Shown here: positions 27,794 through 36,204 of the stretch, one piece after another
How the letters are laid out: every line of letters begins with the position of its first letter
Position numbering within the stretch: position 1 is the stretch's first letter
Assembly: GCA_963724325.1 (NCBI GenBank)
Contig: CAVRUH010000007.1
Coordinates: 138,095 to 202,094 of the forward strand
Direction of reading: 5' to 3'
Source of the DNA: Waddliaceae bacterium
GTDB taxonomy: Bacteria; Chlamydiota; Chlamydiia; Chlamydiales; Waddliaceae
DNA: 64,000 nt
The notes under the pieces: model-generated
What the model was told of the DNA's origin: nothing
What the model saw: only the letters and a program-made list of their open reading frames with translations
Database searches by the model: none
Translations under genes and position numbers: made by a program

Positions 27794-29542
27794 TTAATTT
27801 ACATTGTACGTAAATTCTACCGATTCCTTTCTTCTTTCATCTTTTGGGACATAAGTTTTTAATAGATTTCCGAGTAAATTTCCTTTTTTAATCTCATAAG
27901 TTTTAAAATAACGATTAACACGTTGTTTATTAGCTCCCCAATAACTACCAAAACCATCGGGTTGATTAATCCAATCCCAATCTTTCTTTTGGACCATGCC
28001 GGTAACTCCTGAGGAAACATTATTTTCAAGAAATGGAATATGACGGAAATTCATATATTCTGTATCAATAAAGTAAATTCCTTCTTCACCTTGCGAATCC
28101 CTTCCTAACATGAAATTGTCGCCAAGAAAGTCTCCAAAACCGGTTGCTTCTAATATTTTGAGAAATTCAGTGACTTCTTCTCTTGTAGTGCCTCGTTCCA
28201 GAGGAGTGATATTTTCCGCAAAAATAGTTACTTGATCGGAAGTTAATTCTAAATTGTAAGGACTTACTACTGCAGGAACAGAAGTGATTCCTTCATTCAA
28301 TACAGCAATTTTTTTGGGAACCTTAATATGTTTTAAGCCTAGCTCCTCAGCTATTCTTTTTATGTAATTTGCCCCTTGAATTCTACCTAAGTCCCTTCCT
28401 TTATCCCAATAAGCTCCCTTAGGATGATTTTGATCAACAAATTCCTGCTTAGTCAGCAACCTACCAGATTCTCTTAAATCTTCAAAAAATTCTATTCCAA
28501 TTTGTTGAACCTCTTCATTGCTCATAGAATGTCTAAAAATACTAGGTCCTAGGGTCCTCTGTTCTATTTTTGTGCGCAATTCAAGATTTTTATGAGGACA
28601 TTTCTTGTTAAGCGCTTGAATGAAGTTTGTTTCAAGAATAAGGGCCTTCTCAATGATTTTTTCATTGACCGCATTGAATGAATTCGCAGTTTGAGTAAAA
28701 TTAAGTATTTGAAAAATTATAGATTCACTAAGACCATCATAAAATCCTCGAATCTCTTCTTCTGTAACTTCTTCATTCTTGATGATGGCTATTAATTTTT
28801 TTGTATTTTGCTCCTCTTCAAGGCGACCAGTATCTTCTTTAAGCCAATTTAAAAATTCTGGATTTGTTAATTCGTCAACTGGTTTAGGCTCTATCTTAAC
28901 ACCAACATTTGAAGGAACAAGATTTGACGAATTTTCTTTTGCTTCCGGTTCTTCAACTTTCTTTAGATATTCTTCATCTCGTTCCCTTGCTTCGTTTTCA
29001 AGTTCGGACTTTCTTCTTTCTTCTTGAACCCTTAGTGCCTCTTCGCGTTCATTTTTTAAGTTTTTGAATGCTGACCGAGCTAAGTGACCCCTAAATAGGC
29101 TTTGAATTTTTGTTGCGGCGATGTTTTTTGTTTGTTCTGTTGGTTCGTTAATCTTTTCCTGTGAAGATATGTCATTAATATTTTGATCTAAGGAAGAATT
29201 AGAGGGTTGATCATTGGAAGGAATAGAAGATTCAAGCAGAGCAAAACGAATATTTTCTTTAGACTTAATAAATAGGTTTCTTATGGATTTTGAGAAGAGT
29301 GCTAAACATAAGGTGCATATGACAGCAACAGTTCCCAATAATCCTCTTCCAAAATGTTCTAAACCGGAGAAGGCGCGTTCTCTTTTTTCAATAATGCGAT
29401 ATTGACGACCTTTATAATCAGAGCATACTCTATGTCCTTTTTCATCAACGAGTCTATTCGTGCTGTTAAATTTCGTCGCTAAAACCCATTTATCACTAAG
29501 GCTAATTTCGTTTATTATGCTAATTATTTTAAACCCTGGCAT
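27794..29542 (-). CDS. Membrane-anchored protein with a perfect IQ motif, a coiled coil and a kinase-like C-terminal domain
   Basis: 582 aa. TM GLLGTVAVICTLCLALF. IQSLFRGHLARSAF (nt 29066-29107) fits IQxxxRGxxxRxxF. Glu/Lys-rich coiled coil. C-terminal GFGDFLGDNFMLGRDSQGEEGIYFIDTEY resembles the catalytic D..N / ID.E of Kdo/RIO-type atypical kinases. Confidence 0.6.
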   Translation of the reverse strand: MPGFKIISIINEISLSDKWVLATKFNSTNRLVDEKGHRVCSDYKGRQYRIIEKRERAFSGLEHFGRGLLGTVAVICTLCLALFSKSIRNLFIKSKENIRFALLESSIPSNDQPSNSSLDQNINDISSQEKINEPTEQTKNIAATKIQSLFRGHLARSAFKNLKNEREEALRVQEERRKSELENEARERDEEYLKKVEEPEAKENSSNLVPSNVGVKIEPKPVDELTNPEFLNWLKEDTGRLEEEQNTKKLIAIIKNEEVTEEEIRGFYDGLSESIIFQILNFTQTANSFNAVNEKIIEKALILETNFIQALNKKCPHKNLELRTKIEQRTLGPSIFRHSMSNEEVQQIGIEFFEDLRESGRLLTKQEFVDQNHPKGAYWDKGRDLGRIQGANYIKRIAEELGLKHIKVPKKIAVLNEGITSVPAVVSPYNLELTSDQVTIFAENITPLERGTTREEVTEFLKILEATGFGDFLGDNFMLGRDSQGEEGIYFIDTEYMNFRHIPFLENNVSSGVTGMVQKKDWDWINQPDGFGSYWGANKQRVNRYFKTYEIKKGNLLGNLLKTYVPKDERRKESVEFTYNVN

Positions 29543-29824
29543 TTTTCACCTAATTGATTACAAGTTAATGACTTTAAAGAAAATTGTAACAGATTAGATA
29601 ATTTAAATCAAGACCAAACTTCTACACCTCTACGCCATGAATGGCACTTTGTGACCAACAGGTTTAATCTGATAAATGTAAGAATTGGACCAACGGTGGA
29701 CCAAATAGGGACATCAAATTACATGATATCAGATAAAATTAGAATAGACTGAAAAGTCTTGAGGCTGCTATCTTGATTTATGTCAGCTCTTGTAGTAAGC
29801 GATAGTTTGAGGATCGCTGACAGA

Positions 29825-29866
29825 CTCATAACCCGTGGGTCATTGGTTCAAGTCCAGTTTGTTCCA
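29825..29866 (+). repeat. tRNA-Met 3'-part copy 5 (38/42 nt), followed by a relic of the 128-aa ORF start
   Basis: CTCATAACCCGTGGGTCATTGGTTCAAGTCCAGTTTGTTCCA. Downstream, ATGATACCCATAGAATTTGCCGAATAA (29887-29913) is MTLIESKMEFAE with a 12-nt deletion and a stop. Confidence 0.8.
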
Positions 29867-30212
29867 CTTTTTTACGGTACACACTTATGATACCCATAGA
29901 ATTTGCCGAATAAATCCCTAAAAAATATGCGACCGGTTCAGCACAGGTTTCATCTCATTTCACAAGATTTTCGGATGCATCAACATACTATTGAATTTTT
30001 ACTTTACAGCTTTACTCTGCTATTTATGTGAATCCAATAAACATCGTCTGTCTGGATAAAATAAATAATTTTGATTCTGGATTTTTCACAGCGCATGTGT
30101 TGGAGTATATGGAAATTTCAAATAAAATCTCCGTCTAGACATGGAATAGTTTTAGTATTATAGTGAGTAAATATGTTATCGTAGAACCTTTAGTTTTGGA
30201 GACCTTGTGGCA

Positions 30213-30656
30213 ATGAAGAATTACAGAGTTGAATTTATTGATAAAGTTTCTGAAGAATTAAAGAAAATAGTGCTTGAAGGTTTTGGCCGTCACTCTATCG
30301 AAATGACAGGGCATGATGAAAAATTTGAATCTGTTGCTTTTGTGGCCTATAATGGTGATAATTTTGCTGGAATAATTGAAGTTGTTTTATTTTGGGGAGC
30401 TCTTCACATCAAAAAAGTTTATATAAATGAAGACTGCCGCGGGCAAGGACTTGGCAATAAACTAATGGAACTTGCTTGTGGATATGGTCGGGAAAATAAA
30501 TGTCCATTCGCATTCGTTGAAACGATGAGTTTTCAAGCACTGGGTTTCTACCAAAAAAATGGGTTCCAATTAGAATTTACTCGTCCTGGATATTCACATG
30601 GATGCTCATTTCATTACTTAAAAAAAGACCTTATGGTACACCTACGCTTCATTTAG
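30213..30656 (+). CDS. GNAT-family N-acetyltransferase
   Basis: INEDCRGQGLGNKLMELA (motif A R/QxxGxG/A) and FYQKNGFQ. ATG at 30213 preferred over GTG at 30207. Confidence 0.8.
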   Translation: MKNYRVEFIDKVSEELKKIVLEGFGRHSIEMTGHDEKFESVAFVAYNGDNFAGIIEVVLFWGALHIKKVYINEDCRGQGLGNKLMELACGYGRENKCPFAFVETMSFQALGFYQKNGFQLEFTRPGYSHGCSFHYLKKDLMVHLRFI

Positions 30657-30868
30657 CTTGCATACGACCCCTTCTGATTTTGCAAAGATCTATTAATCGA
30701 CTGGGAACAATTTGATACTTGCAGTAATGACGCTGCCGACAATGAGTTTCTTGCCAACTGGTGGAAAAACTATGCTCTCTGATAAAATTATGAAAACAAT
30801 CTTACACGAAGAAAAAGAGACCGATGTCAATCAGAGATATGAAAGTAAATAATTATATGGTTTAGGAA

Positions 30869-31282
30869 ATGCGCAATATGAAACAAATAAATCGCTACGG
30901 TGCCTATGGGATTGTTCTAGTGGATTCGAAAATTCTGCTTACTCAAAAAAGAGGAGGCCCATACAAAGGGCTATGGGATTTGCCTGGAGGTGGTATTGAG
31001 TTTGGCGAGTCCCCTGAAGAGGCTCTTCGGCGTGAACTACATGAAGAGGCAGCATTGACTGCAGATGAGGTCCATCTGTCAAGAGTCATAACCTTCAATG
31101 GAAAATACGATAATGACGGTGAAGAATATATTTTTCACCACATCGGTCTCATCTATAGCGTTTTGAATGTAACATCAAATCCAAATCTAATGCCCGAAGA
31201 AGAATTGCGATGGGAGGTGCCAAGGAATATCGACAGGGAAGAGCTAACGCCGTTTGCTAAACAAGTAATAGAAGGCTTGTAA
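30869..31282 (+). CDS. NUDIX hydrolase
   Basis: Nudix box GGGIEFGESPEEALRRELHEEAAL. Confidence 0.85.
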   Translation: MRNMKQINRYGAYGIVLVDSKILLTQKRGGPYKGLWDLPGGGIEFGESPEEALRRELHEEAALTADEVHLSRVITFNGKYDNDGEEYIFHHIGLIYSVLNVTSNPNLMPEEELRWEVPRNIDREELTPFAKQVIEGL

Positions 31283-31433
31283 CATTTCGATGCAGAAGTC
31301 ATGGCACGCATATGGAACAGTTCGGCCCTATAAATCTAACCAAGTCTCAGCTTTTGCCTGTTGAACTTTTGCAACCCTTCTGATATCCTATTGCTGAGAA
31401 CAGTTAATGACTATTGTAAAGTATTGGAAATAA

Positions 31434-31469
31434 GCGGCCTCATAACCCGCGGGTCACTGGTTCAAGTCA
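31434..31469 (+). repeat. tRNA-Met 3'-part copy 6 (partial; 35/36 nt, ends inside the T arm)
   Basis: AGCGGCCTCATAACCCGCGGGTCACTGGTTCAAGTC versus tRNA AGCGGACTCAT...; diverges after GTTCAAGTC. Confidence 0.8.
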
Positions 31470-31494
31470 AAACCACTTTAAGAAGGAAGATATT

Positions 31495-31977
31495 GTGAAG
31501 GATTACACACTCATTCAAAAGCCCCCCATAAATGTAATAGGAATCGAATGCAGAACATCAAACGCTCCTGAAGATGGCCCTCAAGACATCCCAAGCCTCT
31601 GGGGACGATTTTATAGCGAAGATATCATTAATAAAATTCCAAACAAAGCCTCTAATGAGGTCATAGCTCTCTACTGCGATTATGAAGATGATTACACAAA
31701 ACCTTATTCACTAGTAATAGGATGTTCTGTGACTTCCTTAGACAATATTCCCGAAGGAATGGTAGCCAAAATAATTCATGCTGGATCATATGCTCTTTTC
31801 CGTGCCATTGGAGAATACCCTGCAAGCTTGATTGAAACTTGGGGAAATATTTGGCAAACTGAATTGAAGCGTACCTACACCGGTGATTACGAATTTTACG
31901 GAGAGAAGTTCAGCTCTGGATCACTCCAGGAAGTTGAAGTATTTATCGCTGTTGAAAAAACTTTTCTGGGGAATTAA
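31495..31977 (+). CDS. GyrI-like/AraC-effector-binding small-molecule-binding protein
   Basis: 160 aa, GTG start with AAGGAAG upstream. VIGIECRTSN...LWGRFYSE...YSLVIGCSV...AGSYALFRAIGEYPASLIETWGNIW...YEFYGEKF is the typical Cass2/GyrI-like pattern. Confidence 0.7.
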   Translation: MKDYTLIQKPPINVIGIECRTSNAPEDGPQDIPSLWGRFYSEDIINKIPNKASNEVIALYCDYEDDYTKPYSLVIGCSVTSLDNIPEGMVAKIIHAGSYALFRAIGEYPASLIETWGNIWQTELKRTYTGDYEFYGEKFSSGSLQEVEVFIAVEKTFLGN

Positions 31978-31979
31978 CT

Positions 31980-32699
31980 ATGAAAAAAGCAATTATCATC
32001 GGTGCTTCATCAGGAATAGGCAAAGAACTTGCCATTATCCTCGCAAACAATGACTACGAAGTGGGTTTAATGGCTCGACGCACTGAATTGCTTGAAGCTT
32101 TAAAAAATGAGATGTCAACTAAAAGTCAACTTGGCCACATCGATATCAGTAAAACTGCTGATGCGATCGATAAGTTTAGGAATATGATTCAAAAGATGCA
32201 AGGTGTTGACCTTGTGGTGATCAATGCTGGCATCGGTTTTTTAAATCCCGAATTAGATTGGTCGAAAGAGCAACAGACTATAGATGTTAATGTCTGTGGA
32301 TTTTGTGCCTTGGCTGGAGAGGCGTATAAGCTTTTCGCAAAACAAGGGCACGGACACTTAGTAGGCATTTCATCAATAGGAGCGTTAAGAGGTAATCCGA
32401 TAGCTCCTGCCTATAATGCATCTAAAGCCTTTATGTCTAATTATCTAGAAGGATTAAGGAAAAAGGCCTTCCAAGAAAAATCTCCCATCATCATTACAGA
32501 TATTAAACCAGGTTTTGTAGATACAGATATGGCTAAAGGTGAAGGTAAATTTTGGGTAGCAACGCCTCAGAAAGCTGCTGAGCAAATTTACTTAGCAATC
32601 AGCAAACAAAAAAAACATGCCTATATTACTCATCGTTGGCGACTCATTGGTTGGGCTCTGAAATTAATGCCCGAGTGGCTCTACCAAAGAATAGGTTAA
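31980..32699 (+). CDS. Short-chain dehydrogenase/reductase (SDR)
   Basis: IIIGASSGIGKELA (TGxxxGIG-type) and YNASKAF (YxxxK). Confidence 0.85.
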   Translation: MKKAIIIGASSGIGKELAIILANNDYEVGLMARRTELLEALKNEMSTKSQLGHIDISKTADAIDKFRNMIQKMQGVDLVVINAGIGFLNPELDWSKEQQTIDVNVCGFCALAGEAYKLFAKQGHGHLVGISSIGALRGNPIAPAYNASKAFMSNYLEGLRKKAFQEKSPIIITDIKPGFVDTDMAKGEGKFWVATPQKAAEQIYLAISKQKKHAYITHRWRLIGWALKLMPEWLYQRIG

Positions 32700-33058
32700 C
32701 GGAGAGATTTTCATGAACAACGAAACTTTTGCTGTAATCGATGAGTGTTTCAGCGGTACGCCAACGCACTGAGAATTGTGTTCAGCAAGTCGTCGAGATG
32801 CTTGCCTACATCTTCTGCGAGGAATCTGAGCACTAGATAACCATCTTACCTGATTTGAAGTTGTTTTAATCGCTCTAATCTTTTTGGTTCAAGCTTTTTA
32901 AACCACTCGTCTTTGGAAAGGTCATCGTAAGCCAGTCTTGCAAAGTCTTTTGCCTTAGTGGTATAAATTTCAGCAAGCTCCTCATAGACCAAACCTCTAA
33001 GACAGGGTAGCATTTCGACAGGAAGGGCACTTTTTGTAATATAAACATTCCTTTTTTC

Positions 33059-33505
33059 TTAGCTTGGGATCTGATGAAAGTCGTCGAAGTCGCCCTTGCC
33101 ATTTGAAAGAAAGATGCTAATATGATCTACTCTGCAATTTCCTGCAGGTCCAGATGAAGGTTCAATCATTATGCGTTTTACCAAGTTATCAAGAGCCTCT
33201 TGTGAACCTTCTGCCCATATTTCTACCGTTCCATCAGAAAGATTTTTTACTGTTCCCTTTAAACCAAGCTCCAAGGCAATACGGTTTACGGTGGGTCGAA
33301 AACCGACACCTTGAACCAACCCACTGACGATGGCGTGTATGCGTTGAGATTGGTGGTCATCAGCGAGCAGTTCCATAGACTCATTTTTGAGCACAATTAC
33401 ATGATAGGAATGTGTAGCATTAAGTATGGGGATAGGTTCGATGCTTATGAGTGCAAGAGGTGTTGATAGAATTATGGTTGATAATATTAATTTTATTCTC
33501 TTCAT
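33059..33505 (-). CDS. Acylphosphatase-domain protein with an N-terminal signal peptide
   Basis: MKRIKLILSTIILSTPLALIS signal. IHAIVSGLVQGVGFRPTVNRIALELGLKGTVKNLSDGTVEIWAEG is the acylphosphatase signature. Confidence 0.75.
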   Translation of the reverse strand: MKRIKLILSTIILSTPLALISIEPIPILNATHSYHVIVLKNESMELLADDHQSQRIHAIVSGLVQGVGFRPTVNRIALELGLKGTVKNLSDGTVEIWAEGSQEALDNLVKRIMIEPSSGPAGNCRVDHISIFLSNGKGDFDDFHQIPS

Positions 33506-33566
33506 ATCTGATCCTTGATTTGAAATAAATCATTTGTTAATATTTGTGGTTCATAGGCTATCATAT

Positions 33567-34508
33567 TTAGTCACAGCTGTTTTTATAAATTTCTAGATCA
33601 GTCTTTAATTTACTAACAAGAAAGTGAACAGAAATTTTTTTCAATTTTGTATTTGGATGTTTATTAATAAAATCATAGATTGCTTTTAAAAAAATACAAG
33701 CCGCTCTATCCTTGGGAAATCCAAAAATACCTGTACTAATTGAGGGAAATGCAATACTTGTTTTATTGTGATTGTCTGCGAGCACCAAACTATTATAATA
33801 ACAAGAATAAAGCTGATCTTCTTTTTCAGGACTAGTCTCTCCTTTAGGTCCTGCAACAACGATTACATTGTCAATGTTATAATCTGCCTTAAGTGATCCA
33901 CTTTTTATCAAGGAAGCATAGCCAGAAACATATTTTGATTTATACTGTACTTGCAATTCACGGTGCGCTGCTTTATATTTATGACCACCTTTTTTATGAA
34001 TTGCCCCATCAATACCACCACCCCCTCTCAATTGAGTATTAGCTGCATTTACAATAACCTGTGCATTGCTACTGAATATATCTTGTTGGCGAATAGTAAC
34101 ATTAAATCGACGAGCTTTCTTGAAAACAATTTTAAGCGTATTGTCATCAATAAAATTTGCTTTCATCTTTGATTTTTGTAATAAATTTAAATCACCTGTA
34201 TAAGAATGCACTAATTTAGAATCACAAGGTGGAATAATTTGATCTTCACTTATTTCATTTAATTTTAAATGTTTTCTTCCTTGAACATTTACCCTTTTAT
34301 CATTAGAAGAAAGAGATTCTTTTTTGCTAACACGAGCATACAAATAGGCTGTTCCATATGCAACAGAAAAACCAAAAGGAATCACGACTGTGAAATATGA
34401 AAATATTTTTAGTACAGCTAAGACATTGGTTTTTGCATCATTTTTTTTATAATTTGAGACATCTTGAAAACCATTAAAATAACTTTTGCAAAAAGTTTTT
34501 ACTTGCAT
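33567..34508 (-). CDS. Macrodomain protein with an N-terminal ~30-aa hydrophobic anchor
   Basis: VNAANTQLRGGGGIDGAIHKKGG and AFPSISTGIFGFPKDRAA (macro domain). N-terminal VLAVLKIFSYFTVVIPFGFSVAYGTAYLYA. Confidence 0.85.
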   Translation of the reverse strand: MQVKTFCKSYFNGFQDVSNYKKNDAKTNVLAVLKIFSYFTVVIPFGFSVAYGTAYLYARVSKKESLSSNDKRVNVQGRKHLKLNEISEDQIIPPCDSKLVHSYTGDLNLLQKSKMKANFIDDNTLKIVFKKARRFNVTIRQQDIFSSNAQVIVNAANTQLRGGGGIDGAIHKKGGHKYKAAHRELQVQYKSKYVSGYASLIKSGSLKADYNIDNVIVVAGPKGETSPEKEDQLYSCYYNSLVLADNHNKTSIAFPSISTGIFGFPKDRAACIFLKAIYDFINKHPNTKLKKISVHFLVSKLKTDLEIYKNSCD

Positions 34509-34997
34509 GATAAATCCTATTATTTTTAACTTAAATTATATATAATAACAATTGTATACTATTAATTATTAAAATTCAAGGAGAATATCAACTTTCATAG
34601 CGAAATCATCTTTCACCTTTAATTTTATCAGGGCTCGTTAAGATACTGATAAATTCCAGTAGTATTTTAGCCTTAAATACCTGGACATCGAAATCACATC
34701 TTAATTCACGTCTTCAGCTTATCTATCTTTAAACCCTTCACTATAAGGATAATGTTAGATATTTTGTGAGTGAAAAATGGTGCAATTGCTAATTGAGATT
34801 TCGTTCAATTTTATAAAATGCTTTCTAGAAAGTCTTTGTATTCAAATATCTTAGTTATCTTGGGGCATCAAGGGGATGTTGATCAACTATGCAAATATAC
34901 TGATCCATTTGTCAAAACAGGACCACTTTATTTTAGGTAGACATAAAAACCTATTATATAGTAGCATGTTTCACATAAACATATTTTTGGAGTTAAA

Positions 34998-36170
34998 ATG
35001 TTTTTTAAAAAATTTATTGGAGTTGCAATTATGTTAGGTATTTCGAGCTTTAGCCATGTTCATGCCGTTAATACAGCCACTGAAATTAAGGGAATCCATA
35101 GGCTCCCAGATGAAATAATTCGCAACGGCCAGTATATTGTTACCGATTTGGATGGTACTATTCTAAACACATTTAATGGAAAGTACGAACCACCACTTAG
35201 TGAAAGTCCTTGCCAAAAGCCTTTATTAGATTGGTTAAAATCTGGTGGAAGAGTTGTGGCAATTACGGGAAATGACTTGAATAGAACGATTGATCGTTTC
35301 TTCAACCATATTCCAAAAGATCTTCGAGCCAACAATCAATTGATTGTCGTTGCTAATGGAGGTTCAGCCTTTTACGGAACAGATTCGGAAGGGAACCTTG
35401 TTGAAGATGTCGATTACAGAATGCAAGGGCTTCATGGTGAATCAACGCTTATTCCTGCTGAACATGTTGATGAATTAGTTAAAGGTGGAATAGACATTAT
35501 AAATGCATTTTTTGCAGATCTTAGAAAAAATCCAAACTTGCTTGATAATTTACCTAAAAAGTTTCCATTTCTTGTAGAAATTGCTCAGGGTAGAACAAGC
35601 GACTTTACAGCTGAAGAACTATTAACAACTGATATTTCTGTTGTCCCTCGTATTGAAAAAAGGTGCATTGCAGACGCAAATCTTCAACCTAACTCCGATC
35701 TAGTGACGCAAATTGGTATCGTAGGCATTCCTGCTCTATCAAAATATCCTTTAGATAGATTATTCTCGGATAAGTCCGGTGAGAAATCCTTGGGATTAAT
35801 AATAAAATGGGATGGTCTCACTTTGGAAATTAACCGCAGTGGAATGGATAAATCTGTATCTGTGCTTTGGATTGTAAAAAATGCATCTAAATTCGATTTT
35901 ATTCCTGAAATGTCCTTCTCCATGGGAGATAGACCAAATGAAAATGATGGTCCGCTCATGAAGCTACAGGAAAAACTGAACATGCCATTTATTTCTGTCT
36001 CGGAAAAGAATGAGAAACTTCCAGAAGGCGTTTATAACGTTGGTGGAAACTGCACTGGTGCAGCAAAAGTGCTGAACGGTCTTGTCAATAAGGCCTATCA
36101 ATTGGAAGCGGAGAATGAACTCTCGCCCGTTATTCCAACAAAGCTTGAGGAAGTTATTCGTGAGCTATAA
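34998..36170 (+). CDS. Exported HAD-superfamily (Cof/IIB-like) phosphatase
   Basis: Signal MFFKKFIGVAIMLGISSFSHVHA. Motif I VTDLDGTILN. ITGND. Motif IV MGDRPNENDGPL. Confidence 0.65.
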   Translation: MFFKKFIGVAIMLGISSFSHVHAVNTATEIKGIHRLPDEIIRNGQYIVTDLDGTILNTFNGKYEPPLSESPCQKPLLDWLKSGGRVVAITGNDLNRTIDRFFNHIPKDLRANNQLIVVANGGSAFYGTDSEGNLVEDVDYRMQGLHGESTLIPAEHVDELVKGGIDIINAFFADLRKNPNLLDNLPKKFPFLVEIAQGRTSDFTAEELLTTDISVVPRIEKRCIADANLQPNSDLVTQIGIVGIPALSKYPLDRLFSDKSGEKSLGLIIKWDGLTLEINRSGMDKSVSVLWIVKNASKFDFIPEMSFSMGDRPNENDGPLMKLQEKLNMPFISVSEKNEKLPEGVYNVGGNCTGAAKVLNGLVNKAYQLEAENELSPVIPTKLEEVIREL

Positions 36171-36204
36171 ATATAAAATTTTCAATATAATTCTAGGGAT
36201 TTTT

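Noticed and set aside
32846-33013. 55-aa minus-strand ORF MLPCLRGLVYEELAEIYTTKAKDFARLAYDDLSKDEWFKKLEPKRLERLKQLQIR
   Set aside because: The peptide looks protein-like, but it is short, has no clear RBS and no recognisable family. The evidence is insufficient to call it a gene.
36082-36204. Upstream start of the EEP-family ORF at 36082
   Set aside because: It would overlap the HAD gene by ~90 nt with a non-homologous-looking peptide. ATG 36205 follows the HAD stop and fits the conserved N-terminal FTVASFN block.
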